Assembly: GCA_032718475.1 (NCBI GenBank)
Contig: JAUCBJ010000343.1
Coordinates: 1-64,000 of the forward strand
Direction of reading: 5' to 3'
Origin: Nemertoderma westbladi
Taxonomy: Eukaryota > Animalia > Xenacoelomorpha
Length of the DNA stretch: 64,000 nucleotides
The translations under genes and the position numbers were made by a program. The notes under the pieces were generated by a model. That model worked only from the letters and a program-made list of their open reading frames with translations. It was not told where the DNA came from and did not search any database. Positions 24,673-37,500 of the stretch are shown one piece after another. Within the stretch, counting starts at the first letter, position 1. Every line of letters begins with the position of its first letter.

Positions 24673-27600
24673 ATGAGCCAAGAGGGAGAGAGGACACCGC
24701 CGCGGACCCCGGACGACAACCTAACTATCCGCGAGGCTGCGGCGCGACGGTATCGACCCATGACGCCGGATCCGTCGACTACAGACGATCCGGCAATCCA
24801 AGCGGAGGGGGGCCATCTACAACCGAGAGGGGAAGAGTCGACGCACAGCGGCGGTCGGAGCACCGGAGTCGCCGGCCAGCCACAGGCCGAGGGCGACGGA
24901 CGGCCCAACGGAACAGCGACGGTGGGGCCGCCGGTACGACGCCGAACACGGAGAGAAAGAGGGGATGTTGGCGACGAGGACGTCGGAGTCAGCGATCGGC
25001 TCCGACGAGCCTACAACGCAACCAGAAAACAGCTGAGGGAAGCCAAAGAAGGGGCAAAGATGGAGCAGGTGAAGTTAGAGAAGCGGCTAGGTGAGTCGAA
25101 TAAACATTTTGATTATCTAGTGCGCTTTGGGCAGGGAGAACTAGCCAATGAGAGAGCGAGAGGGGTCGTCACCGAACTGTTCGAACTGTGGGAATGTAGG
25201 GGTATGGAGCCTGGTGTAGTGTACATAGGGCCATACTTAGTTGATGCCCGGGGAATTAAGTTAGTGGGTTGGAGGGGACCGCAGGAGGGCGAATCCGAGG
25301 TTAACCCCGAGGATTCGGTCTCGTCGGTCAACGAAAACCCCGGAGAGCGGGGGAAAGTTAGCAGGACAGAGAGGCGACGGGAGTCCGTCGTGACCGATAA
25401 GTCCGCTACATCCTCCGCGAAAGAAAGAAGGGTGTTAGAAATAGATCTGGTGGATCTGGTGGGGTCGAACTCCGGAAGATTGCCGTCACCCCGGAGAAAC
25501 GCACCGCACGCCAAGAGAAGGGTACAGGACGTACCGATACGAAGACGAGAACAGGAGAGGGGATCGAAGAGAAACTTCCTGACGGGATATAGCTGCCGAT
25601 CGAGAGTACGGTAGTCGCGGGGAGATTCGAGATCCGAGAAGATTAAACTTCGGTTCGGAAGGGCACATGCAGACTGCAGGACATACTGTAGGCCTTACTG
25701 CACATACTATTATAGGCCATGCTGGGAGAGATAGTGTAGGTGATAGGGTAGCGCGGACGACGGGATAAGATCCGGAAGTTGCGGAGTACATGCCTGTAGG
25801 TAGGCAAGAAGTAGATAGGCCTATATCGGTACCAGCACAGCAGCATGACTATAATATCCAGGGACATAACATATATCCAGGGGAGGGGAGAGTTATTGCA
25901 GATAGATGTATGGGCCCCAATATATTAACATCAACCCCAGTACCAAACATACCGGTGGGGGGGGGGGGGGCAGGGTGACATTCCCCCATTACAATATCAA
26001 CAATATACTCGAACAGCAATGAGTACATCGAACCCCCTGGACGAGAACAGGTCGTGCGACACGGAAATATGGAGGGGGCCATTACCCCCAATGATATATC
26101 CGACACAAGTTAGGTCAACAGACAGGACGGGCGGACCGCACCCAACGGGAGAATCTGTACAGCATCCATCGAACCCATTGGAAGCACAGGCAATGGGAAT
26201 GGCGACACTAATCGATGCACTAAAGACTAGGATCGAGTTACCACCAGTCGAGCCATTTAAATTCGACGGAAGTAGGACGGAAGAATACCTGCAATTTTGG
26301 CGCATGTACAGCAACGAGATATTAAGTAAGAACTTGACGCAGGCGGAGTGCCTAAAATATCTACAAGTGTATACAGGAGGCCCAGCATACGACATCGTGA
26401 GGCAGTACCAGGGCATCGAGGGTGGCTTCACGACAGCATGGCGGGCGCTAGACAGGGAGTACGGGCACCCGGCCAAGATCATCCGGCAGACCCTGAGAGG
26501 TATAACATCGGGTGGCCTACAGGATAACCCCTCTAGCATAAAGACGTTTGCGAACAAAGTCGAGAAGGCGTTAATCGTGCTGAAGACACTAGACGCGCCA
26601 TACGAACTCAACGCATCTAATAACATCACCACAATAGCGCAGGCACTGCCGATCTGGCTGCGGAGCAAGTGGAGGAAGATCGCCTTCTCCACTCGGGAGA
26701 AGAATGGTGCGGAGCCGGGGCTAGAGGAAATGTCAAACTTCTCAACTACGAAGCCGAGTTGATCACAGACCCAGTCTATAGTGAGGATAGTTTGGGGAAG
26801 GCGCCAAAGACCGAATACAACAGGCCTAAACCCGAACACAATCCTGCAGATCCATTCCCGAGAGTAAGACAGTCGCTACCACACGCGGCCATACAGGGGG
26901 CTACAAGCCCACAGTTAGCTGGGAGTAGGGCCACACCGTGGCAGGGACAGAAAGAAAATAACACCACAAATAAACATAATCCCAACATACCCAGTAGGCC
27001 GAATCTAGATAACCAAAACACTAAATTGGTAGATATAAACCTACGCGCGATATATGAAGGACTATACAGGGAACGCTATATTCCAGGATTCGAATGTCAA
27101 TTACATCGGGACGGAACCCATAAGACCATGAGTTGTAAGCACTGGCAAGCGTTGCCCAAACAAGATCGTATAGCCTACACAGACGCAAACGGACTATGTC
27201 ATCGATGTGTGGTAGAAGGACACAGATCCGGAGAGTGTAGAGAAACAGCAGCAAGAGAGGATGAGACTGGAGGCCAAACCATGGCTACAAGCACGACAGT
27301 AGCAAGAAAAAAGAGGAAAGTACTACTCGGGGTAGTACCTGTTAAGATATCAGGAAAGGGCGGTCGATCAGTTACAACATTAATGCTGGTCGACAGCGGA
27401 GCAGCCTTCACGCTGGTGGAGAACTGGGTGGCCAAAGAGATAGGGCTAAAGACGAGGCCGAATATGATTGCGGTAACTACCGTCTCAAGTAAGGATGAGG
27501 TCCTGGAGATGAGGATGGGGCGGTGCAAGATTAGCAGCGATAGCACCGGGATGCGATTATGGGGCGACGATCGACCCCATCCATGTGATAGAATCGATAA

Positions 27601-27830
27601 ATATCAACACCAGGCGACCAACCAACATCGAAGTCAAACAATATAGATTCCTGGACAGTATCGATTTCTCAATACCAAAGGTGGACGTTAGGAAGGTATC
27701 CATTATAGTAGGAATGGACTGCCCCACGGCCCACGAGAGAATGCAGACAGTCTTCGGCGAAGACAGATAGCGGGATCCGACGGCGATCCTCACGCCGTTC
27801 GGATGGACGCTTAGCGGCCCAGTTAAAACC
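24673..27830 (+). pseudogene. BEL/Pao gag-protease, disrupted by frameshifts and stops
   Basis: Pao Gag (DUF1759-like) FKFDGSRTEEYLQFWRMY...KYLQVYTGGPAYDIV; Cys/His knuckles CQLH...H...C and LCHRCVVEGHRSGEC; aspartic protease LVDSGAAFTLV; downstream AILTPFGWTLSGP motif. Confidence 0.85.
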
Positions 27831-27845
27831 AAGATTCCATCCGGG

Positions 27846-28478
27846 GTGACGGAGACATCAGGATGCATGTTACCAGGCACTGTAGACACAGAGGACGAAG
27901 AGAAGAAACAGGAGATGGTAGATGAGCAAGACGGGGAAGTAACAGTAGGAGAGTGGGCGGAGGAGAATGGATTTGATGCGGAAGATTTAGAGGCAACGGG
28001 ATGGAACAAGGGTCCCAGCAAGTATCGGTATGGAGATGGAGAGGAGCGGACGGCGAGATGTCCAGAGGATAACCCGGAGGAGTGTCCGGTGGAGTGTCAG
28101 GAGGACAATGGTCCGGAGGAGTGTCCAGAGGAGTGTCCGGAAGAGACGCCGGTCCGGTCGGGAGGCATACCGACAAGGGGGAGATCGAGTAAGAAGACAG
28201 GATGGAAAGGGATAGGATTACTATTGTTCGTTCTGTTTTGTCTGTTCTTTCAGTTTCGTTCCATTCTGCCGCCGGGAGGCGACCAGCCGAAGGGTGGAAT
28301 TTTGTTGCCAGGAGACGAGGAAGTTAAGAAGGCGGCGGAGAGACCCGATTTTAGGGTGGCAGAAGAGGGAGAACCAATTCCTGGTGAGTTGGAATTTGCG
28401 AAGAGAGTGTGGCGAATCCTACAGGACCTACAAGGGGAGCAGTGGGAGAGTGCCTGTTGGAAGAATCGCCCTAGTTAG
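27846..28478 (+). CDS. Acidic ORF with one hydrophobic (TM-like) segment, in place of RT-RNase H-integrase
   Basis: 210-aa ORF with E/D-rich and (PEEC)n repeats and the segment GIGLLLFVLFCLFFQF; function unknown. Confidence 0.35.
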   Translation: MTETSGCMLPGTVDTEDEEKKQEMVDEQDGEVTVGEWAEENGFDAEDLEATGWNKGPSKYRYGDGEERTARCPEDNPEECPVECQEDNGPEECPEECPEETPVRSGGIPTRGRSSKKTGWKGIGLLLFVLFCLFFQFRSILPPGGDQPKGGILLPGDEEVKKAAERPDFRVAEEGEPIPGELEFAKRVWRILQDLQGEQWESACWKNRPS

Positions 28479-29589
28479 GTGAAGTTTAGTCGTCCAATAT
28501 TTTGGACTGAGGGGGTGGGAATGAGGGCGAGACGCCCTTCCCACACAAATAAATAATTAAAAATAATTATAAATAATTAAATAACAATTAAGTAGAAAGT
28601 TAGAAGTATGAAAGTTAGTAAAAGTAAGTAGAAGTAAGTAGCAGTCAGAAAGTTAGTTAGAAAGTTAGAAAAATTAGGTTAGAAGTCGGCGGGTACAGGG
28701 AGTGTGGTATATAGACATACCACGGGAGTAGAGGGGTACGTGGTACCGTTAGGTTAGAAGTCGGCGGGTAAGGGAGTGTGGTATATAGACATACCACGGG
28801 AGTAGAGGGGTTGTGGGCACCGTAAGCGCCACGTAGAAAGTAGTAGTAGGGGGGTTGTGGGCACCGTAAGCGCCACGTAGAAGTAGTAGTAGAGGGGTTG
28901 TGGGCACCGAAAGCGCCACGTAGATAGAGGTAGTAGCTGAGAGTGGTTGTGGGCACCGAAAGCGCCACGTAGTTAGAGAGTTCTAGTTAGAGGGCTAGAG
29001 AGTTAGTAGACTTCGAGGAGTCGGAGAGTTAGTAGAGTTAGTAGAGTTAGGAGTTAGTTAGAGTTAGAGAGTTATTAGAATTAGAGAGTTAGTAAGTAAG
29101 TAGTAAGAGAGTTAGATAGTAAGTAAGAAGTAAGTAGTAGGTTGATAGAAGGATAGCACAGGGGTAGCATAAGAGAGTTAGCGCCTTTGAGGGCAGTATG
29201 AAAGGAGTATGGAGAGGAGCTGCTGGCGAGAGAGAGTGCGGACGAGTGCGATTCAGGTGTGGGGAGAGGACAGAGCGGAGTTAGAGTGGAGTTAGAGCGG
29301 AGTTAGAGATAGAGTAGAGTGAGAAGTCAGAGTTGAGAGTGAGTTTTAAAATTGTGTGAGAATCCACAATCGTCTCGACACGAGACGCCAGATGTCTTGG
29401 TGCAACATAGGTTGGAGTTGCACCAAGAGAGGGTAGCGACATCATACCCAGAGGGAGCGGCCTGGAAAGCCGACTCCAGAGTAAAAGATAACTCCACCCC
29501 ACACCCGATAGTAGATCGAGTTCCAGCGGAATTGAAGCGCACTCAGAGGTTGATGCAATCTTCTCACCGGGAAGATAGCATGGGGGGAG

Positions 29590-30177
29590 TGTGAGCGGAT
29601 TCAATTCCGCCTCACCAACCCCCATAAAGTTGGGAAACGGCGCCTTTAAGCAATATTGGGGAATACGAGATTGATTACCAATCAACCTCGTATCACCCCA
29701 ATAAACGGGGACGACAAACCCCCAAAGGGCCGCACACAATAGAGGTCAGAGGTTAAGCCTCCGGGAAAGGGAAAGTGACAGTAGCAAGGGGGAAACACTC
29801 CCACAGAGGTGGGAGCCGAGAATTAGGTTATTGGCCAATGGGGGGCAAGCATCGACTGAGTAGTAAGGCCACAAAGTAAGTAATCAATATATATTACCGG
29901 TCGGTGTCATATCAGAGTTAGTTATCTCAGTCATCTAAGGCAGATCCGGTGACATTTCTATACCATCACCGCCGTCACCATCATTACCGGTACTACAGTA
30001 GAACCATACACTGTAAACTAACTACATCATACCATCAACTGTGCTATTGTATCTTATTGTCATATATTTACCGTCTACATTAATATCAGAACAACAACGA
30101 ACTATTATCTTCCTTTTCCAACGGTACGGTGACGCGTAATACAAACTAACCGGTCGGGATCCTCTGATCCCGTCACA
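29590..30177 (+). repeat. 3' LTR of the 6.1-kb BEL/Pao element
   Basis: Direct repeat of 24032-24618, preceded by the PPT and followed by TSD ATTAT. Confidence 0.95.
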
Positions 30178-30659
30178 ATTATGGATTGCAGCAATTGTAT
30201 TTTGAACAATAGGGTTAACTTTTCCTAACGAAAATGGTGGTTCAATGAACAAATTAACATTAGTTTTTAAAAATAATTTTAGTCATGTTCAACATCATTA
30301 ATACAAGGAATTCCAAATACGATATAGATATAAAGTTATTATTGAGTTTAGATGCTGTGTGATAACTAGCGGTTTATTGTGGTGGTCCAGTTGAATTTTA
30401 TATACTGTAACTGTACAGGGCATTTTTTTTACAATTTCGTTACTACCCGGTGTCTGTGAGAAAATACGTTTTCCTTGGGAAAATGTCTGGAAAAAATCAG
30501 AATAAAAAATCAGGGAAAATATTTTTAAAGTAGGCCTACTTTTTTATCTTCATTTTGTTATTTTTTATTGGGAGCTGCCGCTCCCAAACCCCAGACCCCC
30601 GTTTAGTACAATGAAACGGCTTTAACAATAATATAATATAAAGCAGAATTTACAATTAA

Positions 30660-31356
30660 TATTATACGCTGTGAATCTTACAAGAACCTACAGTCACTAT
30701 AATTCCAAAGAGACTAGCACAGATACAAATAAGAGAAAACACAACACATTACATAGTTTACAGATTCAGTTTACAGAGTCAGACGAGTGGATTGATCGGC
30801 AATCCAACTCCATCATCCGTAACCAGACCACTGCGCCACTTTAGCCTCGACAGCTCCACCCCCTGATGCAATCAGAAGCCCCTCGAACTAAAGTATGGCG
30901 AACTGCACACGGCGGCGAACCCACTCCATGACGGTGCTATACGGCCTGTCCCAGGTGTGGTGTAACCTATCAGTGAAGATCCTCAGGAGCTTGTTGGCCT
31001 GCGGTTCCAGAACTCCATCGCAAGAGACTACGAAGGGTGCAAAGTCCGCTCTCCTCTGTCTCTCTCGTTCCGCATATTGTGCAGTTTTAGCGTCCTCCGA
31101 AGATTCTAGGACCCTCATCGGGCGGCGTCCCACATACGACTCGGCGTCAATGTTTACGACCCTGACCCTTACCAATACCATATCTAACAACGCCTGGGTT
31201 TGCGGGTTGAATGCCCCTGGAACTCCTACATCACACCAAAGTCCTGCCTTTCCACTTAATCCAGGCTGGTGTATCTGACTATGGGTTCCGACTGTCACAT
31301 TTCGTGGTTCAAATGCTAGAGAGGCCAAATACCCAACAACATCACGGAGTGCGAGG
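30660..31356 (-). mobile_element. 5'-truncated CRE-like non-LTR retrotransposon (restriction-like endonuclease C-terminus and 3' UTR)
   Basis: The translation CDVGVPGAF...LLD...VRVVNIDAESY...E..K...Y...ADFAPFVVSCDG...W.RPYS.VM.WVRRRVQFAIL matches the RLE domain of CRE/R2-group elements. Confidence 0.75.
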
Positions 31357-31481
31357 CCTTTTTTAATTTCAAATTCTTCTAAATTCAATTGTTATTAATC
31401 AAATTTCACTAACATTTAAATAATTTGAATTTTAATTGTATCAATTAGGCATTAATTCAATTACAATTGTAAATTAGCAAC

Positions 31482-32645
31482 TGTAAAGGCTTTTGCGGAT
31501 ATAACTAGTCATTTTCCCCGCAAAGTACTCTGTAGGTGTTTTAGCGGACATAAAAAGCCATTTTTCTGTATGTGTACTTTAGCGGACATAACAAGCCATT
31601 TTATGCCGCAATACGCCAAAATACTCTTAATACAGTGTGGCTTCAGATGACGAAATCTATCAGCTGATTTTGATGTCGATGTGGAGCTTTCTTAACTCTC
31701 TTTGTTCAGCTCACTCGACCAATCAGAGCGATTTTCATTTTATTTGTACAGAAGCCTACGGGAAATCGCGCAATGCATGACGGTCTTTGTTTACCTTTTT
31801 CCTGAGCCCAGAACATCGGCTTTGGAATTATTCTTAGTTTCAGACTTTAGCCAAACATTCGACGGCTTTGATTATAGGAACGTATAACTGTTATCGCACC
31901 AGACTCATACCAACCTGACCACAAATCAGCTCATATTATACATACCTTTCACCGCATTATTTTACTGCTATTTACTGTCGGTTATTAATTGTTAGAAGTT
32001 GATGGATATGTTGTTATATTTGGAGAATATCGATAAATAATCATAAAACCCCAATCTTCTTGATATACTGAAGGTTAGAGAGACCGGTTACCTGTAGCAA
32101 TTGCGACTTACATTATAGTGGTTTTGGAGTGAATTGAATGCTATTTCATAATCCCTACATGTGTCAGTTACTATTCTCCTTATATATGATCAAATTTAGT
32201 GAAGGTCGGCAGATCAGTGTGCAGCAGTGTGCGGTAGTGTGCATGAGTGTGACAGATAACAAAGCATTTCCTAAAGAATGCGCTTTATACGAAAATCATT
32301 AGCCATCCCGTTGTGTTTAGTGTAAGTCATAACTCTGTTTACATACTTAGAGCGCCACGTCCTAAAGGAACTGTTAATATTTCCCGAAAGTAAATAATAT
32401 TTGTCAGAGATTATATATTAACGATCAATCGAATAGTACAGTAAGTCTACACCGCAATAAGGTCAGAGCCTCCGAATCCAGTCTCCCTTAACTGTGGGTG
32501 AATGGTCGCGCATAGGCTGGCTTCGGCTAATGTAACTTTATATCTTATATGCAACAAATACTTGTTATAGGCTAAAGTCGATTTATAAACTAGAAGACAC
32601 CTAAAATTAGCGGGTTAAACTGCTAAAGGTCTAAAAGCGCGAACA
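31482..32645 (+). repeat. 5' LTR (1164 bp) of the 18.3-kb element
   Basis: Near-identical to 48609-49826; U3 carries repeats of about 41 bp (TTTTAGCGGACATAAAAAGCCATTTT), with one more copy in the 3' LTR; CCAAT at about 31719. Confidence 0.95.
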
Positions 32646-32657
32646 ATAACAGTTATA
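32646..32657 (+). promoter_or_regulatory. Non-tRNA primer-binding site candidate (self-complementary to the LTR)
   Basis: ATAACAGTTATA follows the LTR directly and is the reverse complement of TATAACTGTTAT at 31883-31894; there is no TGG. Confidence 0.65.
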
Positions 32658-34578
32658 TTAGTTTCTTTATTGCAACGTAGGCAATAAAGTCGAAAGTACC
32701 GGTCGACCGGTAATCTGTAGGCCTAACTACATAACCACCCGAACCGGTACTTACAGCAGTACAAGTACAGCAGTATTATTCGATTTTGGTAATTATATAC
32801 CGGTAGGTCTTGATATTTAATCAGGGACTGCAGCCCTGGTTTTTTATTGGGATTTTACTTATTTCTGTCAGTTTTATTTATCTGTAAGTTAATATTGAGC
32901 AGAAGGCGTGTAAGCCTGCTCAGATTGTATAAATAATTTGTAGGCTGGATTGTTGTCTGGTTGTTGTTAAGTCTGAAGAGATTGCAGTGTGTGTAGAGTG
33001 TATGTCCGATAAAGTACTAGTTAGGAACGTGGGACATCCAGAGCTGTAAGGTAAATCCCCCCCCCCCCCCCCCCCCGAAAGAATAAGTCGTACTACTCAG
33101 TTAGAACGCATACTAACTAACCATTTCGGAGTCTGCATATACTGTAGTTTATTTAGGCTTGATAGTAGTCTGCCAGCGTTTGGTCTGTATTTTGTTTGTG
33201 TAGTCTGTACGGGTAGCGTAATATTTATTATTCAGAGTTTATGCGATTATTCGCAACATACACAACCCCAAGTTTATTCCTACAGTAATTGTGCTTGTTA
33301 TACATACTGTTATAGTTAAATTAACCCCGGCACTACATCAGGGCTGTTTGGCATAGGTAAAGACTGGTGATTTTATGCTCTAGTCACTCCAGCAGATACC
33401 GTGGTTCTTTTAGCTGTACAAGTATTTTTAACTGCTGGTTATTTGTTGTATAAGTACTTGTACCTAATTTAGGGTTTAGTGTACAGTGCTTTCCGAAGGT
33501 AATTAGTTTGTAGGCAGTATATTTGTGTTGTAAAGTGGTTAATAGGCACGTTAGCTATAGTTGGCTGCGGTAATTAACTTCTAGGTAGGAACACTCCGGG
33601 TACATAACGTAGTACTTATAGAGCTGTAAGCTAGAGACTATAAGTCGTCAGACGGTGGTATTTTCTTATCTAGACAACGCAATATATTTACTACTGCTTA
33701 ATTATTTTCAAATACCGTAGTATCCTGTCCGTTGTAAAAACCAGAAATTCTAACCCCTTGTTAGGCTGGTTTGTAGATTTCTTGTAAAATTAACCCTAAA
33801 ATTTGTACGTGTAATTTTTGTGTTTATTTAGAGATTGTAATCTCATCCCTTAATTGTACGTAATTTGTAGTAATAAGTAACTTAATAAATTAGAATTATT
33901 TGTTTTAGTGTCCAATAAGTAGCACTCCACTGAGAGCGTTCAGCTTCTGTGAAGTGACTCCTTATCTAGAAATAATAACATTTATTTCGAATATTGTCAA
34001 AACCCATTAAACGGGTATATATATTATATTATAAATCAACTCAAACCGATTTACATAATAGTAGGCCTGTTATACATAAATTAGGTCTTAATATCAGTTG
34101 GACTACTGCTTAAATAACGGTAATAAAGTGAAGTAAAGTAACTAGGTAACCCTAAAATTCAGAAATTCAATTATTCTAAAATAATTGACATACCGGTATT
34201 TACGATAGGCTTATTATATTTATTCTATAAATTTATGCTGAAATTATATACCGGTATTCTGTAATTAATTTAGTCTATAATTATACTTATATATACTACA
34301 AGTGTAAGCTGTATACCGGTATTCACGGTAGGCTTATTATATATTTATATATATTTATGCTGAAATTATATACCGGTATTCTGTGACAAACCCTAGTCTG
34401 TAATAATACATATATATATACTATAAGTGTATACCGGTATTCTAATATATTGTATATATATCACGTTACACTGAGTAACGATATCGGTAATTAATTACTA
34501 GGCTTTTAATTGATACTGAATTACTAGACTTGCTTTAACTGTAGTTCTAGCAGTAGGCATTCAACTGTACAAACAAAC

Positions 34579-37500
34579 ATGGCTGACACAAAGCAAAACC
34601 TGTCAGACAGTCTCCTAGATACAACCATCTGTGATCCAGATAGGAGTGCGGAACGTTTGAGACCGAAGTTCAACTCCCCTCCTACTGTAAGAAAGGTCAT
34701 CCCTCCAGTAGTAGTATCAGACCCTAGGCTAGTAAAGTACCGTAGGTCTATCATAGGCACTCGGGCTCAAGTCAAGCGGGACCAAGAGGCAGCTGTTAAA
34801 CAACAGCAACACCCGAGCCGAGAACTTATTTCTCAGCGGCCCAATAGCTCCAGTAGTTCAGATACTGTAGAGTTGACACCCGAGCGCGGAGCAAAGATGG
34901 CAGAAGCGGTTTATTCGGATCCACTTCTCATTCTTCCTGCAGCCGTACTCACTAGGGTATTGATTGCGGTGGAGGAACACCAAATGGATTGGGCGAGAAG
35001 TAAGCGATCAACCAAGGACAGTTATGCGGGATACACAAGGGAGGAACTGAAGTCTATTGTCGAGACGCAATGGAACTTCCCCAGACCCAGACTCCCGTTT
35101 AACTTATCGGAAGCTGCCTGGGAGGACTTATACAGGATGGGAGTGGTAAGGGCACAAGAGATCCAGCTGTGTGGAAGAGGTTGGCAGCAGGATATGTACA
35201 GGGATTCTTCAGCTCTTTGGAGCGATTAGAGGAACAACTGTTTCAACAACCCCAAGGACCTCAAGAGCAGGGAGAGCTGCTTTATCAAGTTCGAGAACGT
35301 ATCCTAAGAATCAGACTGATCCTATCGGCCTTTGAGGAAGCTTCGAAAAGAGGCCAAGACACGTTGTTGCAAGTTGCCGTAAAGACTTGGTTCCAGCGGG
35401 TGGGTCTCAAAGTTCAAGGAACGTCCCAGTGGAAATTTCAGTTGGCTGAGCGCTCAACCCACGGAGAATCAACAGACGCTACCTTTTCTCAAGTGGAAAG
35501 CGAAGCGACAGCAGAGAAACCTCAGAAGAAGGACGCTATTGACATATATCTGTCGGACTATCAACGATTTCTAGGTGACGAAGAGTTGAGGAGACGGCTG
35601 GCTGGACTTCGTCCTAATAGTGAACGAGCCAAGTTTGTGTTGGACGCAATAGATGCGGAAAGGTTAGAAGCGGATCGAGCTAAATTTGATGAAAGAATCC
35701 GCATCGTTAGGGAACAGGAAGAACAATTAAAGAAAAAACAAATAGAAGACAGAAAGGCAGCAACAGCAGCAGCGGCAGAAGTGAAACGAAAAGCTGCAGT
35801 AGCAGAGGCAGAAAGAAAAGCGGCAGCGGCAGCGGCAGAGGCAGAAAGAAAAGCGGCAGTGGCAGAGGCAGAAAGAAAAGCGGCAGCGGCAGAAGCCGAA
35901 AGAACTGCGGCGGAGGCAGTGTTAGAAGCAGAACGGAAGGCATCTGAAGAGACAACCCAACTAGAGTTGGAAAATCTTCAAGAGAAGCAAGACTACTTAA
36001 ATAAACAGATAACAGCTAGTCAGATGCAGCTGATAAGTCGATCTACTCCCAAGCGACAGGGATTTACATCATCTGATGAAGGCGAGACAACAGATCCTGA
36101 AGGCGGAGGAAATAGATCTCGTCTCAGCAGGCGTAGAAGAACGCCTCACCGTCAGAAATTGCCTAATTTGCCCCCAGCCGTGAGAAGGCAACTAGCTAGC
36201 ACAGACTTAGGTAGTACAGAACCCACAGACCAAATTATTAGAGTTGAAAGACTCCCTACTATAGTAGATGAGCCTGAAATAATTAGACCTGTTCTCGAAG
36301 CCACCCCTTCTGTGATAGAGACCCCTGTACTTCCAGAACCTAACTCTAAATTCCCTTTGCACAGTACTAAACTACCTGTATCCAGTAGGACAGTTCCTCA
36401 GTCAACTCTGGTCCTGGACGCCGAGCGAGACATTAACAATTTGTCACCCGTCGTCCCTCGTCTACCCGCTACTATGTTGGCGGCTCCCGCTTCGGCGGTA
36501 GAGTGGGTGGATGAGCGACGGCGGGGGATGGATATTCTCCTCGGGCAGATAGAGGAGAATCAGGCACGCTCCTCCCAGCAGGTCCGAGAGTTGGAGGGGA
36601 CTGTTCAACAGTTAAGGGGAACAGTAAGAGAGAGTAGGTTAGAATTACAGGAAGTGCAGCAGAGTATCGCGTTAGAATGAGATAAGTTAGTAAATCTACA
36701 AAAGGGTGTACCACCACCCTCTGTAACAATGTGTCAACCTGTTAGGTCTGAAGTATTTCATGCGCAAGGTGTGGAGCCTACACGCCTCTATACTGCTAGT
36801 GAAGTAGAAACTCCTATAGTAAACCCTAATAAGGGTAATTATAAACCTGTTGGCAATGATATTCCATATAGACCTGATAATAATCCGAGAAATTTATATA
36901 CCGATAACTCGATATTAAATAATACGATGGCTCAAGAAAGTTTTACGCGTCAAATGGCTAGAACTGAAGCCCGTCAAGCGGTAAAGGTGGGAGAGATCGT
37001 CAAGTTCAATGGAGATGAGATGAAATGAAATGGTTACCATTTAATGAATATTATAAAGATAACATACAGAACTCTGTGCTATCTAACGGAGAGAAACTTA
37101 GATTCCTCATCGAGTGCTTGGAAGGATCTCCCAAGTTAATGGCGTTAAAGTTTATTGGACATCCAGATGGATTAAGACAAGTTTGGGATACACTAAACAT
37201 CAGGTATGGTAATAGGAATAACATAGCTAGGTATTTGTATGCGAAATTGGTAGCGCCCCGAAAGTTTCTTAGCAGCGGGATTATAGAATTTTCCGATGAA
37301 ATCCAGGAGATTTGTAGACAATTAGATTGGCTAGGTAAGTCTCATGAATATCAGAGTTCTATGGTTATTGGAGCTGTAGCATCTACCTCGCCAAAGGGTG
37401 GAGTGGGTACTCGTTGGGACAAAAGAGTTCTATATATAATGGAACAACAACGAAGAGACCCTACCATGGCTGATCTCATGTCATTCTTGGATGGAGAGGT

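Larger units (their letters stand above)
24032..30177 (+). mobile_element. Non-autonomous BEL/Pao LTR retrotransposon (gag and protease only), 6146 bp
   Basis: LTRs 24032-24618 and 29590-30177 (TG...CA; about 7 substitutions and 1 indel by eye); 5-bp TSD ATTAT; PPT GGGGGGAG at 29582-29589; Pao-type Gag and protease motifs; no RT, RNase H or integrase core visible. Confidence 0.92.

Noticed and set aside
23984-24681. Small ORFs duplicated at 29281-30252
   Set aside because: They are antisense frames within the two LTR copies and are duplicated only because the LTRs are.
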